A stretch of 64,000 nt of DNA from Opitutia bacterium UBA3534 (GCA_002376875.1 DFOT01000003.1:37191-101190); one strand, 5' to 3'. Positions 27,200-36,367 are shown, numbered from the stretch's first letter. The notes: generated by a model not told the origin, from the sequence alone. Program-made: numbers and translations.

Positions 27200-27216
27200 T
27201 TGAGACTCAGTTTCAA
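27200..27216. promoter_or_regulatory. 17-bp imperfect palindrome (candidate metalloregulator operator) upstream of feoA
   Basis: On the feoA sense strand it reads TTGAAACTGAGTCTCAA, ending 21 nt before the feoA ATG. A near-identical copy lies upstream of fur (60607..60623). Confidence 0.4.
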
Positions 27217-27217
27217 T

Positions 27218-27249
27218 AAAAAACCCCGCTCATTTTAGAACGGGGTTTT
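27218..27249. terminator. Rho-independent terminator downstream of hpf (A/T-flanked, potentially bidirectional)
   Basis: AAAAAA-CCCCG (27218..27228), 12-nt loop, CGGGG-TTTT (27241..27249). It starts 22 nt beyond the hpf stop on the minus strand. Confidence 0.7.
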
Positions 27250-27270
27250 GGTTAAGTAAAATAGAAGCTT

Positions 27271-27633
27271 TTAAGCGCTTTTAGGGAGGTTAGCCGGAAT
27301 TTCTACGGCGTGGGTTGTCTTACGTTTTACCCGGTTGAGTCGTGAGCGCTTACGTAGTTGACGATCAAGCTTTTGAGTTAGATCATCAATTGCTTTGTAC
27401 AGGCTGTCATCGCTAGCACTCACTACAATACTAGGCCCACGAATTTCAATGTGGCCTTTTGCAGTAAATTCTGCTTGATGAGTCTTAGCGTGGGAATAGA
27501 TCAGCTCCACTTTTATCCCTATGATACGTTCCTCATGATCAATCAGTTTTTGCATCTTTTCTCTAACGATTTCCTTCAGAGCATCAGTTAGTTCCATATG
27601 AATGCCAGAGATAACTATTTCTTGATTATTCAT
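27271..27633 (-). CDS. hpf: Ribosome hibernation-promoting factor (HPF/RaiA, short form)
   Basis: ATG 27633 is preceded by AAAAAGGAGA. Sequence MNNQEIVISGIHMELTDALKEIVREKMQKL... is RaiA/HPF-like, about 120 aa. The track start at 27687 is not favoured. Confidence 0.85.
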   Translation of the reverse strand: MNNQEIVISGIHMELTDALKEIVREKMQKLIDHEERIIGIKVELIYSHAKTHQAEFTAKGHIEIRGPSIVVSASDDSLYKAIDDLTQKLDRQLRKRSRLNRVKRKTTHAVEIPANLPKSA

Positions 27634-27680
27634 TATTATTTCTCCTTTTTGAGGTTTGAGGGAAAAGGGGGGAAGTTGTA

Positions 27681-28493
27681 ATGTCAAAAGAGCTCCAAAA
27701 ATTCACCACATTGGTCATTACTGGAGGGTCTTCTGGTATTGGTGACAACTTCATCTCTACATTCATTACTATAAACAAGAATGCCCTTGTTTGCAATCTT
27801 TCTCGTACAAAGCCTTCAGAAAAATTCCCCTCGGATCGGGTGTGTCATTTTCCTTGTGATCTCTCTGATAGTCAACAGCTTAAGGATTCATCAGGTGCAA
27901 TTATTGAGCTCCTAGCCCAACAGCCCTCAGGAGGGCCTGTATTGCTCGTAAATAACTCAGGGTTCGGGAGTTATGGTTTTTTTAAGGATTTACCCCGAGA
28001 GAATGAGCTTTCGATGCTAGACCTTAATATTCGAGCTATGGTGGATTTGACGAGTCGCTTGCTTCCTCTTTTGCTCGAACGAGGGGGAACTATTGTAAAT
28101 ATTGCCTCTACAGCAGCATTTCAGCCAACGCCAACAATGGCGACTTATGGGGCAACGAAATCCTTTGTCTTGGATTGGAGTCTTTCCCTAGCGGATGAAT
28201 TAAGGGGGAGTAATGTGCGCTGCCTGGTTGTTTGCCCAGGGCCAACAGGGACTGCTTTTTTTAAGCGAGCAGGGTTTGAGGGGCCGCCCTTGCCTTCAGG
28301 GGTTGGGCATACGGCATCTTTTGTCACTCAAGAAATTGTTACTGCCTTAGAGGCTAAGAAGCATTTGGTTGTTTGTGGATATGGAAATGCTCTACTGGCT
28401 TGTTTGTCATCCAAATTACCAAAACGTTGGGTGGCGTATCTTTCGGGCTGGATTCTAAGGAAGGTTCGTCTCAAGTTATTAAAGCGAAGTTGA
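27681..28493 (+). CDS. Short-chain dehydrogenase/reductase (SDR) family oxidoreductase
   Basis: 270 aa. Cofactor motif TGGSSGIG, NNSG, and catalytic Y-x3-K (YGATK). Confidence 0.85.
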   Translation: MSKELQKFTTLVITGGSSGIGDNFISTFITINKNALVCNLSRTKPSEKFPSDRVCHFPCDLSDSQQLKDSSGAIIELLAQQPSGGPVLLVNNSGFGSYGFFKDLPRENELSMLDLNIRAMVDLTSRLLPLLLERGGTIVNIASTAAFQPTPTMATYGATKSFVLDWSLSLADELRGSNVRCLVVCPGPTGTAFFKRAGFEGPPLPSGVGHTASFVTQEIVTALEAKKHLVVCGYGNALLACLSSKLPKRWVAYLSGWILRKVRLKLLKRS

Positions 28494-28602
28494 ATAACGC
28501 CTTGAGTAAGGGAGGTTTGGCTGATTTTACTCTTGCCATTAGGGGTTGCTTAAAGATAGTTTTGATGGGTCGAATTCTTTTTAAACCCCAAGCAATTAAT
28601 CA

Positions 28603-29613
28603 ATGCCCCAACCTAAGTCAGCCGGACTTTTTCTCGGAATTTGCGAAACGATTACCCCGTATTCCAGCTTGATTGTCAGCCCCCTGGCAAAGGGTTATTT
28701 TTTTAATATTGGAGAGGGGTCTATCCTCGCAGCGAGGACTTCACGCATGGGAGGGGCTATGACGATTGAGGCGTTAGAGTCTGCCCAGTACAATAATGCA
28801 CAAGAGCTCAAAGCAGCCATTCGTAAGATTACCGGAAATAGAACCACAGCCCTCACACGTTCCTATTGCGCAATCCAGCTTGATGGTCAGTTCTTTCACC
28901 ATGCAACCTTCGAGAATCCTGATAAATCTCGAGATGTAGAGTTCTTGCAGAAATATCTCAAGACAGACCTCAGGGTTGATGTAGATACTAATACTGTTGC
29001 TGCTATGAATGCTATGGATGGATCTCCATTGGGCGCCATGGGGACTACAGAATTACTCTTTCTGGGGGCTCCGTCTGAAGCGTTTGGTCAGATGCAAGAT
29101 GACTTGATTGATGCAGGCCTTTATACAGAAGAGTTAGAAATGAGTATCGTCAGTACGCTCGGTGGTATTTTAAATTATGCTGCTTTTGCGGAGATGGAGC
29201 GCCCCATCCTCGTTTTGGCTATGCACAGCAAGCAGACAGAATTCTTCATTTGTCACGAAGGGCGCCTAGATTTAAGTAAGCAGATTAATTTTGGATTTGA
29301 CCAAATCCCTCAAGGAGACGTTTCCCAGGAAGATGCGATCGCTGCCCTAGAGCCTTTGCTTAAAGATCTTCAGTCTTCTACAAGCTTTTATGAACTTAAG
29401 CAGGGAGATATGCTTCGGAAGCTGTTTTTTATTAACTTCCCCAAGCAATTAGAGTTTGTAGAGCAGCACTTGTCTGATGCTTTAGGTCTAGAGCTTATTA
29501 AGCCTAATTATGAAGAATGGTTAGCTACCTGCGAGATTACACCAGGTAAAGGTGTTGATATGGCAGGGCTTGGAAGCCGTTGGTTAAGTCTTTTCAGTTT
29601 AATGTGTGACTAA
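28603..29613 (+). CDS. pilM: Type IV pilus assembly protein PilM-like (actin-like ATPase fold)
   Basis: 336 aa. PilM-like layout (LLFLGAPSEAFGQMQDDLIDAGLYTEELEMSIVSTLGG...ILVLAMHSKQTEFFICHEG), followed by PilN/O/P/Q-like genes. Confidence 0.65.
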   Translation: MPQPKSAGLFLGICETITPYSSLIVSPLAKGYFFNIGEGSILAARTSRMGGAMTIEALESAQYNNAQELKAAIRKITGNRTTALTRSYCAIQLDGQFFHHATFENPDKSRDVEFLQKYLKTDLRVDVDTNTVAAMNAMDGSPLGAMGTTELLFLGAPSEAFGQMQDDLIDAGLYTEELEMSIVSTLGGILNYAAFAEMERPILVLAMHSKQTEFFICHEGRLDLSKQINFGFDQIPQGDVSQEDAIAALEPLLKDLQSSTSFYELKQGDMLRKLFFINFPKQLEFVEQHLSDALGLELIKPNYEEWLATCEITPGKGVDMAGLGSRWLSLFSLMCD

Positions 29614-29633
29614 GGTCCTTAATAGAAAATAGT

Positions 29634-30254
29634 GTGAGCAGATCAGGAAATCGCCGTTGGCATACAAATTTTAGAGATGTGAGCAAACTTCCTAACCTAG
29701 AGGAAGTGAAGCAGCAGTTCATGGTTTCTGCTATAGTCCTAGGGCTTGCGTTAGTTTTGATGGGCTTTTACATCATGGGTAAGACCGAGCGCATCATTGT
29801 AGATGAGCAAATCCATTCCCTCGAGCAGACATTTGCCGAAAAGGAAGCGAATAACATTGCTAATATTGCTGCGGATGCTGCTTTCCAAGAAAAGTCAGCA
29901 TTCATCCAGGAAATTGATGACTTTTATCGCTCTGGGGTGGACCCTGTAGCTCTATTCCTGGCGATATCAAGTAAGCGGCCCAAGGATCTAGTGTTCGAAA
30001 GTTTTCGTTTAGAAAATGTTTCGGATGCTACGCTTAATGAAGAAGGTGAACTTTACGAAGTTTCTTTAGACGGCTTCATTCGCTCAGGGTATGATGAGGC
30101 TTTTCAGGCGGTTAAGGTTTTTGGGCGTCAGCTAGAGAAGGACCCTTATTTAGAGCCTATTTTTCGTGATTTAGAAGTTGAAAAACTGACACGTGGGGCA
30201 GGGATGTCAAAAATGATGACTTTCACTATAGTTATAAAACTGGAGATTTCTTAG
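29634..30254 (+). CDS. pilN: PilN-like pilus alignment protein
   Basis: 206 aa with a GTG start. Short cytoplasmic N-terminus, one TM helix (FMVSAIVLGLALVLMGFYIMG), a coiled-coil-like segment, and synteny after pilM. Confidence 0.5.
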   Translation: MSRSGNRRWHTNFRDVSKLPNLEEVKQQFMVSAIVLGLALVLMGFYIMGKTERIIVDEQIHSLEQTFAEKEANNIANIAADAAFQEKSAFIQEIDDFYRSGVDPVALFLAISSKRPKDLVFESFRLENVSDATLNEEGELYEVSLDGFIRSGYDEAFQAVKVFGRQLEKDPYLEPIFRDLEVEKLTRGAGMSKMMTFTIVIKLEIS

Positions 30255-30857
30255 ATGGCTTCTGAAGATGCAGTAGATACTTTAAGTAAATACCCTTATG
30301 CTGTTGCTGGGGTTGCCATTATTATTGCTGTTATTTTTCTTTGGTTTACGGCCGAAGACAGTATGCAGAAAGATAATCGATTGATGGATCTAGAGCAGGC
30401 AGTGCGGATTGTGGAGCATAATGAACGCTCTTCTGAAGGCTTAGATAGAGATTTAAAGAACCTCGAGAAGTTTCATGAAAGTATTGTCGAGCGCTTAGTA
30501 GAGGTTGATAATGCTACTGAGATTCTTGCCTTTTTCTTACGTGCTGAAGAAGAGTCCGGTGTCAAAATGAAAGACCCCAAGGAAGATGATATTACGCCTC
30601 TGAAAACGATTGATGAAGAAGACTACGATGATGAAGACTTCGAGTTATCGCCAGACGACCGGATGATTGCTCAGTACCAATTGACTATTGGAGGAACATT
30701 TCCTCAGGTCCTAACTTTTGTTGATAAAATATATAACGGTCCTTACTTCGTAAACGTATCGAGCTTTGAAATGGGCCGTGAAACTAAATTTAGCCCAAAA
30801 CATGTTCAGATGGCTCTCAAAGTTAATATTTTAGGAAGGAGAGGTGACAGTGAATAA
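30255..30857 (+). CDS. pilO: PilO-like pilus alignment protein
   Basis: 200 aa. One TM helix (YAVAGVAIIIAVIFLWF), then a coiled-coil and a C-terminal domain. The start abuts the pilN stop. The call rests mainly on synteny. Confidence 0.45.
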   Translation: MASEDAVDTLSKYPYAVAGVAIIIAVIFLWFTAEDSMQKDNRLMDLEQAVRIVEHNERSSEGLDRDLKNLEKFHESIVERLVEVDNATEILAFFLRAEEESGVKMKDPKEDDITPLKTIDEEDYDDEDFELSPDDRMIAQYQLTIGGTFPQVLTFVDKIYNGPYFVNVSSFEMGRETKFSPKHVQMALKVNILGRRGDSE

Positions 30858-31353
30858 ATCAAGCGTTACTATTCTCTTTACTGTAATAGCAGTCATGTGG
30901 GGAGCGACTACGGGCTTGGCGCAAGAGGAAAATACTCGAATCTTGTCTCAAACAAGTCGTAGCAAAATACTCAAGCATGCACGGATTTACTCAAAGCCTA
31001 TAGCAGGTGAAAAGAACTTCGATAATGTGCGCATCCCTTTTGTTTATGTTGAAGGTAATGCCGGTGAAGAGGCTGTTTCTCTAGAAGATATTACAGATGC
31101 TGATATTTTACGCTATATCGCCAAGGTACGTAAACCCAATGGGCGCGTAAAACGGCGTGACAAATATTACCTCATTTTCAGCTTCGGGGTCCGTAAGGCA
31201 GGGGATACTATCACAGCCCCTTACGGAGGAAATATCCATGAAGTACTCATCGAGGAAGTGAATCAACAATTTTACAAACTTCGGTTCAACGAAGAAACAA
31301 TAACCATACCTTTTTCAAAAGTTGATAAAAAACGTCTAAGAAAAGACACCTAG
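30844..31353 (+). CDS. PilP-like periplasmic protein (assignment by position)
   Basis: 169 aa. Signal peptide (VTILFTVIAVMWGATTGLAQE). It overlaps pilO by 14 nt and lies immediately upstream of the secretin gene. Confidence 0.35.
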   Translation: MTVNKSSVTILFTVIAVMWGATTGLAQEENTRILSQTSRSKILKHARIYSKPIAGEKNFDNVRIPFVYVEGNAGEEAVSLEDITDADILRYIAKVRKPNGRVKRRDKYYLIFSFGVRKAGDTITAPYGGNIHEVLIEEVNQQFYKLRFNEETITIPFSKVDKKRLRKDT

Positions 31354-31368
31354 GACTTTAACCTTAAA

Positions 31369-33492
31369 ATGAAAAACACCATGTCTGTTAACAAAAATAC
31401 CCTTTTGGTGATCCTGTTGTGTGCAGCTCCCTTAACTGTTGCCTGGGGTGCCGATCGTTTGGGCTTTTTAGATGAGCCTATGGAGCCTCGCTTCCAGCAA
31501 TCCTTCGATGATCAGTACGATGACGAGGATGATGACTGGCTCTTTGATGACAGCTATGGCTTCAGTGAAGAAGAGGGCGGCTACCAAGAGCCTGCCACAC
31601 CAGAGCAGCCTACAGCAGTCATGACACAAGAGGACTTGGACGACATGGACTTCATGGATGATGAGGATGAAGAAGAAATGTACTTCGAAGACTCCGATGA
31701 GATGATGGCTTTCGAAGAGATGCCTGCTGAAGAAGAGGATATGCTCGAGGAGGACACCATGTTTGAAGACGACGACATGGCTGATTCAGAGGACATGATG
31801 TTCATGGATGATATGGACGATGACGAAGAGATGTTCATGGATGATGAAGAGTTCTTTATGGACGATGAGGACGAATTCTTCATGGATGATATGGCTGATA
31901 TGGATGACGATGCTCTATATTCCGATGAGCCTATCATGCCCGCTACTACTCCTATGGCTCAAGCTGCAGAGCCTAAGCCCTCCACAGAGCAAATTATTGA
32001 AGAGACCTCACCTAAGCTTGAAACGTTCTCCATTGATTTTCCTGAAGAAGAAATCCGCAATATTATTCGTAATGTAGCGGATCTTTACGGGCTGAATGTT
32101 GTTATCCCTGATACCTTAATCGGGATGACTTCTATTACTCTTAATAACGTAAGTTGGCAGCAAGTTTACCGTGCTGTGCTAGAGCCAGTAGGGTTTACTT
32201 ACGTGATGGATGGTAACATTATTAAAATTGTATCCTCTGCAGAGCTTGAGACAGAGCAGATGGAGACTGAGATTTTCCCCCTTCGTTTTGCAGTGTCTAC
32301 AGAAGCAGCTACAGCACTTGGAGGTATGCTTGATGTAACAAGTGGAGCAAAAGTCGCTGCGGATGCACGTACAAATTCTTTGATTGTAACCGAGCGTCCT
32401 TCACGTATGGCTAAGATTGAAGAAATTGTGAAGCGCCTAGACCGTGAAGAAACTCAGATCATGATCGAGTCTAAGTTTGTTGAGATCAAAAACAAAGACA
32501 CCAAGACCCTTGGTATTGACTGGAATAGTCTTGGTGCGAGTGGGTCTACGTTCCAGCTTGCTAATAGTTTAACTACCGCGGGAGCAGCCCAGGGTGTACC
32601 TGCTAGATCATTTATAAAGCAAGAGGGAGGAGATACTACAGTTGGCCAGGTTGCTAGTAAGCGTACCGACAATGTTGTTTTTGCTGCTCCTGACTTTCAG
32701 TTGGTTTTACATGCTTTAGAGCAAGACAATGACACTCGCCTCATTGCTAACCCAACAGTGGTGACGATGAATAATACGCCTGCAGTTGTTGCTATTGCAG
32801 ATCAGCGGCCTATTCCTGAGTACCAATATAATGGAGAAACAGGAGTTTATGAAATCTCAGGGTTCGAGTACAAAGATATTGGAATTATCCTGAATGTAAC
32901 ACCTAACGCAAAGCAGGATCTTATCACACTTAATATCAAGCCAGAGATTAGTTCTAGTAATAGTAATACACGATTTGGGGCAGCCACCAGTAGTTCTACT
33001 ATCGAGATTCCTAACATTACTTCACGCCGCACAGAGAGTGTTGTTACCATTAAGAGTGGTTACACCTTAGCCATTGGTGGCTTGGTTCGCTCTGAGTACA
33101 CAAATAATGACAACCGTGTTCCCTTCCTAGGGTACATTCCTGTTATTAAGCGCCTCTTTAGTTACGATAATCGTATTCTTGAAAATAAGAACATCATCGC
33201 TTTTGTAACAGCAACTCAGATCGGTTATGATGGTTCTATGCCTGAGCCTATCACGACTCCTGTCAAAAACGTTGATGAGCGTCAAGTTTATGAAATGGGC
33301 TTGTCTGAGCTCGAGATGTACATTAAGCGCCCTGATGCCAATATGGAAGGCCAGATGCAGCGCATTCGCCAGATACGTAATGCAACTTATGGCTCAGAAT
33401 ATTCAGAGGCATTCTCTTCAGACTTAGATGAAACAAAGCCTGATGTTAAGAGAAGACGCAGTCGCCGGAATCGAGTAGGGCGCCAGCACTAA
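31369..33492 (+). CDS. pilQ: Type IV pilus secretin PilQ-like with a long acidic N-terminal insert
   Basis: 707 aa with a signal peptide. Secretin_N-like region (IRNIIRNVADLYGLNVVIPD...) and secretin C-domain (LIANPTVVTMNNTPAVVAIADQRPIP...VPFLGYIPVIKRLF). Confidence 0.85.
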   Translation: MKNTMSVNKNTLLVILLCAAPLTVAWGADRLGFLDEPMEPRFQQSFDDQYDDEDDDWLFDDSYGFSEEEGGYQEPATPEQPTAVMTQEDLDDMDFMDDEDEEEMYFEDSDEMMAFEEMPAEEEDMLEEDTMFEDDDMADSEDMMFMDDMDDDEEMFMDDEEFFMDDEDEFFMDDMADMDDDALYSDEPIMPATTPMAQAAEPKPSTEQIIEETSPKLETFSIDFPEEEIRNIIRNVADLYGLNVVIPDTLIGMTSITLNNVSWQQVYRAVLEPVGFTYVMDGNIIKIVSSAELETEQMETEIFPLRFAVSTEAATALGGMLDVTSGAKVAADARTNSLIVTERPSRMAKIEEIVKRLDREETQIMIESKFVEIKNKDTKTLGIDWNSLGASGSTFQLANSLTTAGAAQGVPARSFIKQEGGDTTVGQVASKRTDNVVFAAPDFQLVLHALEQDNDTRLIANPTVVTMNNTPAVVAIADQRPIPEYQYNGETGVYEISGFEYKDIGIILNVTPNAKQDLITLNIKPEISSSNSNTRFGAATSSSTIEIPNITSRRTESVVTIKSGYTLAIGGLVRSEYTNNDNRVPFLGYIPVIKRLFSYDNRILENKNIIAFVTATQIGYDGSMPEPITTPVKNVDERQVYEMGLSELEMYIKRPDANMEGQMQRIRQIRNATYGSEYSEAFSSDLDETKPDVKRRRSRRNRVGRQH
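31504..31930 (+). repeat. Low-complexity D/E/M/F-rich coding region inside pilQ
   Basis: About 140 aa dominated by Asp, Glu, Met and Phe (…MDFMDDEDEEEMYFEDSDEMMAFEEM…MFMDDEEFFMDDEDEFFMDDMADMDDD…). At the DNA level TTCATGGATGAT recurs three times. Confidence 0.85.
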
Positions 33493-33517
33493 GCCTTCAA
33501 TTAAAAAGTTTTAAACT

Positions 33518-33553
33518 AAAAGAACCCAGTTACTTACAACTGGGTTCTTTTTT
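33518..33553. terminator. Bidirectional rho-independent terminator between pilQ and the convergent glycosyltransferase gene
   Basis: AAAA-GAACCCAGTT (33518..33531), 6-nt loop, AACTGGGTTC (33538..33547), then T6 (33548..33553). Confidence 0.8.
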
Positions 33554-33571
33554 ATAAAGTTATCGTCTCGT

Positions 33572-34399
33572 TTACCTAAGGGCGCTTTGTTTGACCTTAA
33601 GCGCAGGCTTTTCTATATAGGCTTGCTCGCAGTGGCCATCCTTAAAGTATTCATAGTTTACGGGGCTAGAACGATATCCGCCTGCAAGCCATTTCTTGAA
33701 TCGATACACATGCTTGGCCCACTTTAGTCTGAAGCTTGCTCGGTTAATATCAGACAAAGCATTTTCTCCTGAGCTAACACCTGTGGTATTACTGATATTG
33801 TCAGCATGCCAGGTGAAGATTCCGATAGGTTCAGGAATGAGTCCGATGTTTATCCCTAGCTCCATTTGCTTGCGGAACCATACGTGATCTGCCACAGCGT
33901 GGTAGTTTGTGTCATAGGAAGCACGCTCCCAAAGCGCTTTTTTATAAAGGAATGAGCAAGATTGTATGGGCATACACCAAAGCGCATCTACGGGCTTTGG
34001 GATGATGACTTGCTTGAACAGTTGTAAGAAATCGAGCTGCCCGTTGAGCATGACCGTAGGGCTCATGATTGCATCGAGTGTTGTTTGATTGGCAATCTTT
34101 GCAAGGGCCATCTGTAAGCCCTTTTTATTGTATTGCTCGTCTGAGTTTAGGTGGCCAATCCAAGTGCCTTTTGCTCGTGTAATGGCCTTGTTGAGCGCAT
34201 CATACATCCCCTGGTCAGGCTCTGAGACTACAGATACCTCAGGGTATTCTTTGAGGATCTCTAGCGTCTTATCCGTGCTCCCGCCATCAGCAATCAGGTG
34301 TTCGTAGTCAGTGCCTGCGCATGCATGGCGGACCGAGTCTACGCAGTTGCGTATGTATTTCTCGGAGTTGAAAGAGGGTGTAACAATAGAGAGCATCAC
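33572..34399 (-). CDS. Family 2 glycosyltransferase
   Basis: 275 aa. GT2 N-terminal signature LSIVTPSFNSEKYIRNCVDSV...ADGGSTDKTLEIL. Confidence 0.85.
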   Translation of the reverse strand: MMLSIVTPSFNSEKYIRNCVDSVRHACAGTDYEHLIADGGSTDKTLEILKEYPEVSVVSEPDQGMYDALNKAITRAKGTWIGHLNSDEQYNKKGLQMALAKIANQTTLDAIMSPTVMLNGQLDFLQLFKQVIIPKPVDALWCMPIQSCSFLYKKALWERASYDTNYHAVADHVWFRKQMELGINIGLIPEPIGIFTWHADNISNTTGVSSGENALSDINRASFRLKWAKHVYRFKKWLAGGYRSSPVNYEYFKDGHCEQAYIEKPALKVKQSALR

Positions 34400-34400
34400 T

Positions 34401-35405
34401 TTATACCGGTAATTCTTTAAGTTTGGAATGAATTAGGGTATGAAGTTGTAAAAGAGGGGCTGTTGCAGGGAGTGTGTGCCAGGCCTGTAAGGATTTTTCG
34501 GCATCCTCCAGGACTTGCTCACACAGCAGCTGTGTTTGCATGAAAATACCATGCGTATGCATGAGCTCGCATAGTTCTGTAATATTAGCTGTTTTTGCCT
34601 TAATAGACTGTACCCAACGCTGTGCATCTGTCTCGCTTAGGGTTTGTAGCAACAAGAGCAAGGGGAGGGTGTATTTCCCTTCGGTCAAATCAGTCCCTAG
34701 TGTTTTGCCGATGTCCTTTTCTTGTGAGACAAAGTCTGTTAAGTCATCGTAAATCTGATAGGCAGTACCCAGTTTGCGTCCGAATTCAGCGGAGGCGATC
34801 ATGAAGCTCTCTTCGTAGCCAGCCAGGCTAGCCCCTAAAAGGCAGCTAGCCGAGAATAACTCGGCGGTCTTAAGATCTATAATCCGGAAATAACGTTGCA
34901 GGGAAAGGTCAGGCTCGTGGGTGCCTAATGTTTGCACGATTTCTCCGGAGCATACATTGCGTGTAGCTTGGGATGCAATCTGGCAAACATGGGTTGTAGG
35001 GAATTCTGTTGCGAGTTTTAAGGCGTGAGAAAACAAAGCATCCCCAAAGAGCACTGCTAGGTTTGGCCCATACTCTTGGCTGAGTGAAGCACACCCATGT
35101 CGCAGTTGAGCGTTATCTAATATGTCATCATGGATTAAAGAGGCTAGATGAATCATCTCAACGATAGCTGCAGCTTTGATGATGTCTTCAGACACTACAT
35201 CGGCACGTGTTTGGCCGCTAAAGAATACAAGCAAGGGGCGTAAGCGCTTCCCCTGATGGCTGAAAGAGTATCGTGCGATTTCCTGGACCTCGGGTTCAAA
35301 TTCTTGGATTTGATCCTGGATAAAGTGATCCAGGGCAATCATAGAAGGTTTAATGGGGGCAACAATATCCTCTAGGGTGGGCTGTGTAGTGACGATCGAA
35401 GACAT
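34401..35405 (-). CDS. Polyprenyl diphosphate synthase (trans-isoprenyl, IspB-like)
   Basis: 334 aa. First and second Asp-rich motifs LIHDDILDN and QIYDDLTD. Confidence 0.9.
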   Translation of the reverse strand: MSSIVTTQPTLEDIVAPIKPSMIALDHFIQDQIQEFEPEVQEIARYSFSHQGKRLRPLLVFFSGQTRADVVSEDIIKAAAIVEMIHLASLIHDDILDNAQLRHGCASLSQEYGPNLAVLFGDALFSHALKLATEFPTTHVCQIASQATRNVCSGEIVQTLGTHEPDLSLQRYFRIIDLKTAELFSASCLLGASLAGYEESFMIASAEFGRKLGTAYQIYDDLTDFVSQEKDIGKTLGTDLTEGKYTLPLLLLLQTLSETDAQRWVQSIKAKTANITELCELMHTHGIFMQTQLLCEQVLEDAEKSLQAWHTLPATAPLLQLHTLIHSKLKELPV

Positions 35406-35446
35406 ATTCAGGCGAATCTAAACGGTTATTCTCTAAACATCAAGAC

Positions 35447-36304
35447 TTAGGCTCTTGCTAGAATGCTTTCTACCCAGCCCCGATCCTCTGCGTAAGTGAC
35501 CCCACACCAGGCATCTGTTGAAGTTAAGGCGTGAACTGTGGTTTGCTTTTGAGCAATCAGAGTGCTTACTGCATGGGGTAAGTAGAATTCTGCTTTAGGA
35601 TCCTTCCCGTGTTGCTCTAAGAATACTTGGAACTGTTCTTTGAGCGTAGAGAAAATACTAGACTGGAAGGCCCAAAAATTAAGTGATACAGGCTCATGGC
35701 CGCTTAAAGGCTCTAGAGTACTTTCAGAAACGAGTCCACTTTCAGTACGCTCGATACAAGGATGTTCTGTTACTGATAAAAGATGACTATTTTGGTCTGT
35801 CTCGCAGATACCTCGGGATACGCTTCCGTTGGGCGATAGGGTATTTGCCAAAGAGTAGGTCACGAGCGCATGATCTTGTGTATTATCTTTAAGGAATTGA
35901 GCTGCCTTTTGAAATGCTTGAGGGCCGTAATAATCATCTGCATTAATCGCTACAAAGGGGCCTTGGATAAGCTTTTTGGCACAAAGGACTGCATGCCCAG
36001 TTCCCCAGGGCTTCGTACGCTCTTCAGACAGGGCAAACCCTTCAGGTAGGAAGCTATCGAGTGTTTGGTGTGCGTAAGCTACAGCCAAGCCTTTAGGCAG
36101 TCGGCTCTCGATTTTTTCACGAAAGAGCACTTCCATCTCTGGCTTAATCACAAAGACTATGCGCTGAAAGCCCGCTCGTATTGCGTCAAGTACGGCATAT
36201 TCAAGCAGGGTGTGCCCTTCAGGACCGAAAGTCTCGAGCTGCTTAAGCCCGCCATAACGGCTACCAAGACCTGCGGCCATAATTAACAAACTTAATTGTT
36301 TCAT
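35447..36304 (-). CDS. Sugar-phosphate nucleotidyltransferase family protein
   Basis: 285 aa. N-terminal NTP-transferase motif LIMAAGLGSRYGGLKQ. Substrate specificity is not determinable by eye. Confidence 0.7.
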   Translation of the reverse strand: MKQLSLLIMAAGLGSRYGGLKQLETFGPEGHTLLEYAVLDAIRAGFQRIVFVIKPEMEVLFREKIESRLPKGLAVAYAHQTLDSFLPEGFALSEERTKPWGTGHAVLCAKKLIQGPFVAINADDYYGPQAFQKAAQFLKDNTQDHALVTYSLANTLSPNGSVSRGICETDQNSHLLSVTEHPCIERTESGLVSESTLEPLSGHEPVSLNFWAFQSSIFSTLKEQFQVFLEQHGKDPKAEFYLPHAVSTLIAQKQTTVHALTSTDAWCGVTYAEDRGWVESILARA

Positions 36305-36367
36305 AGATAGTGTGTATTAAAGTATTTCCAGGGGCTTTAAGGCAATGGTGTAATCCTGTAATTGACG

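Noticed and set aside
28551-28576. TAAAGATA-N10/11-(G)TCGAATT upstream of pilM, considered as a sigma-28 promoter
   Set aside because: The -10 core is TCGA rather than CCGA, and the spacing is off by one depending on register. It is too weak to call.
28373-28672. 99-aa ORF bridging the SDR gene 3' end and the pilM 5' end
   Set aside because: It overlaps two better-supported genes in different frames, and no motif was recognised.
31581-31937. 118-aa Ser-rich antisense ORF (and the plus-strand ORF 31808..32077) within pilQ
   Set aside because: These are shadow ORFs created by the GAT/GAA/ATG-rich low-complexity coding repeat of pilQ. They have no independent signals.
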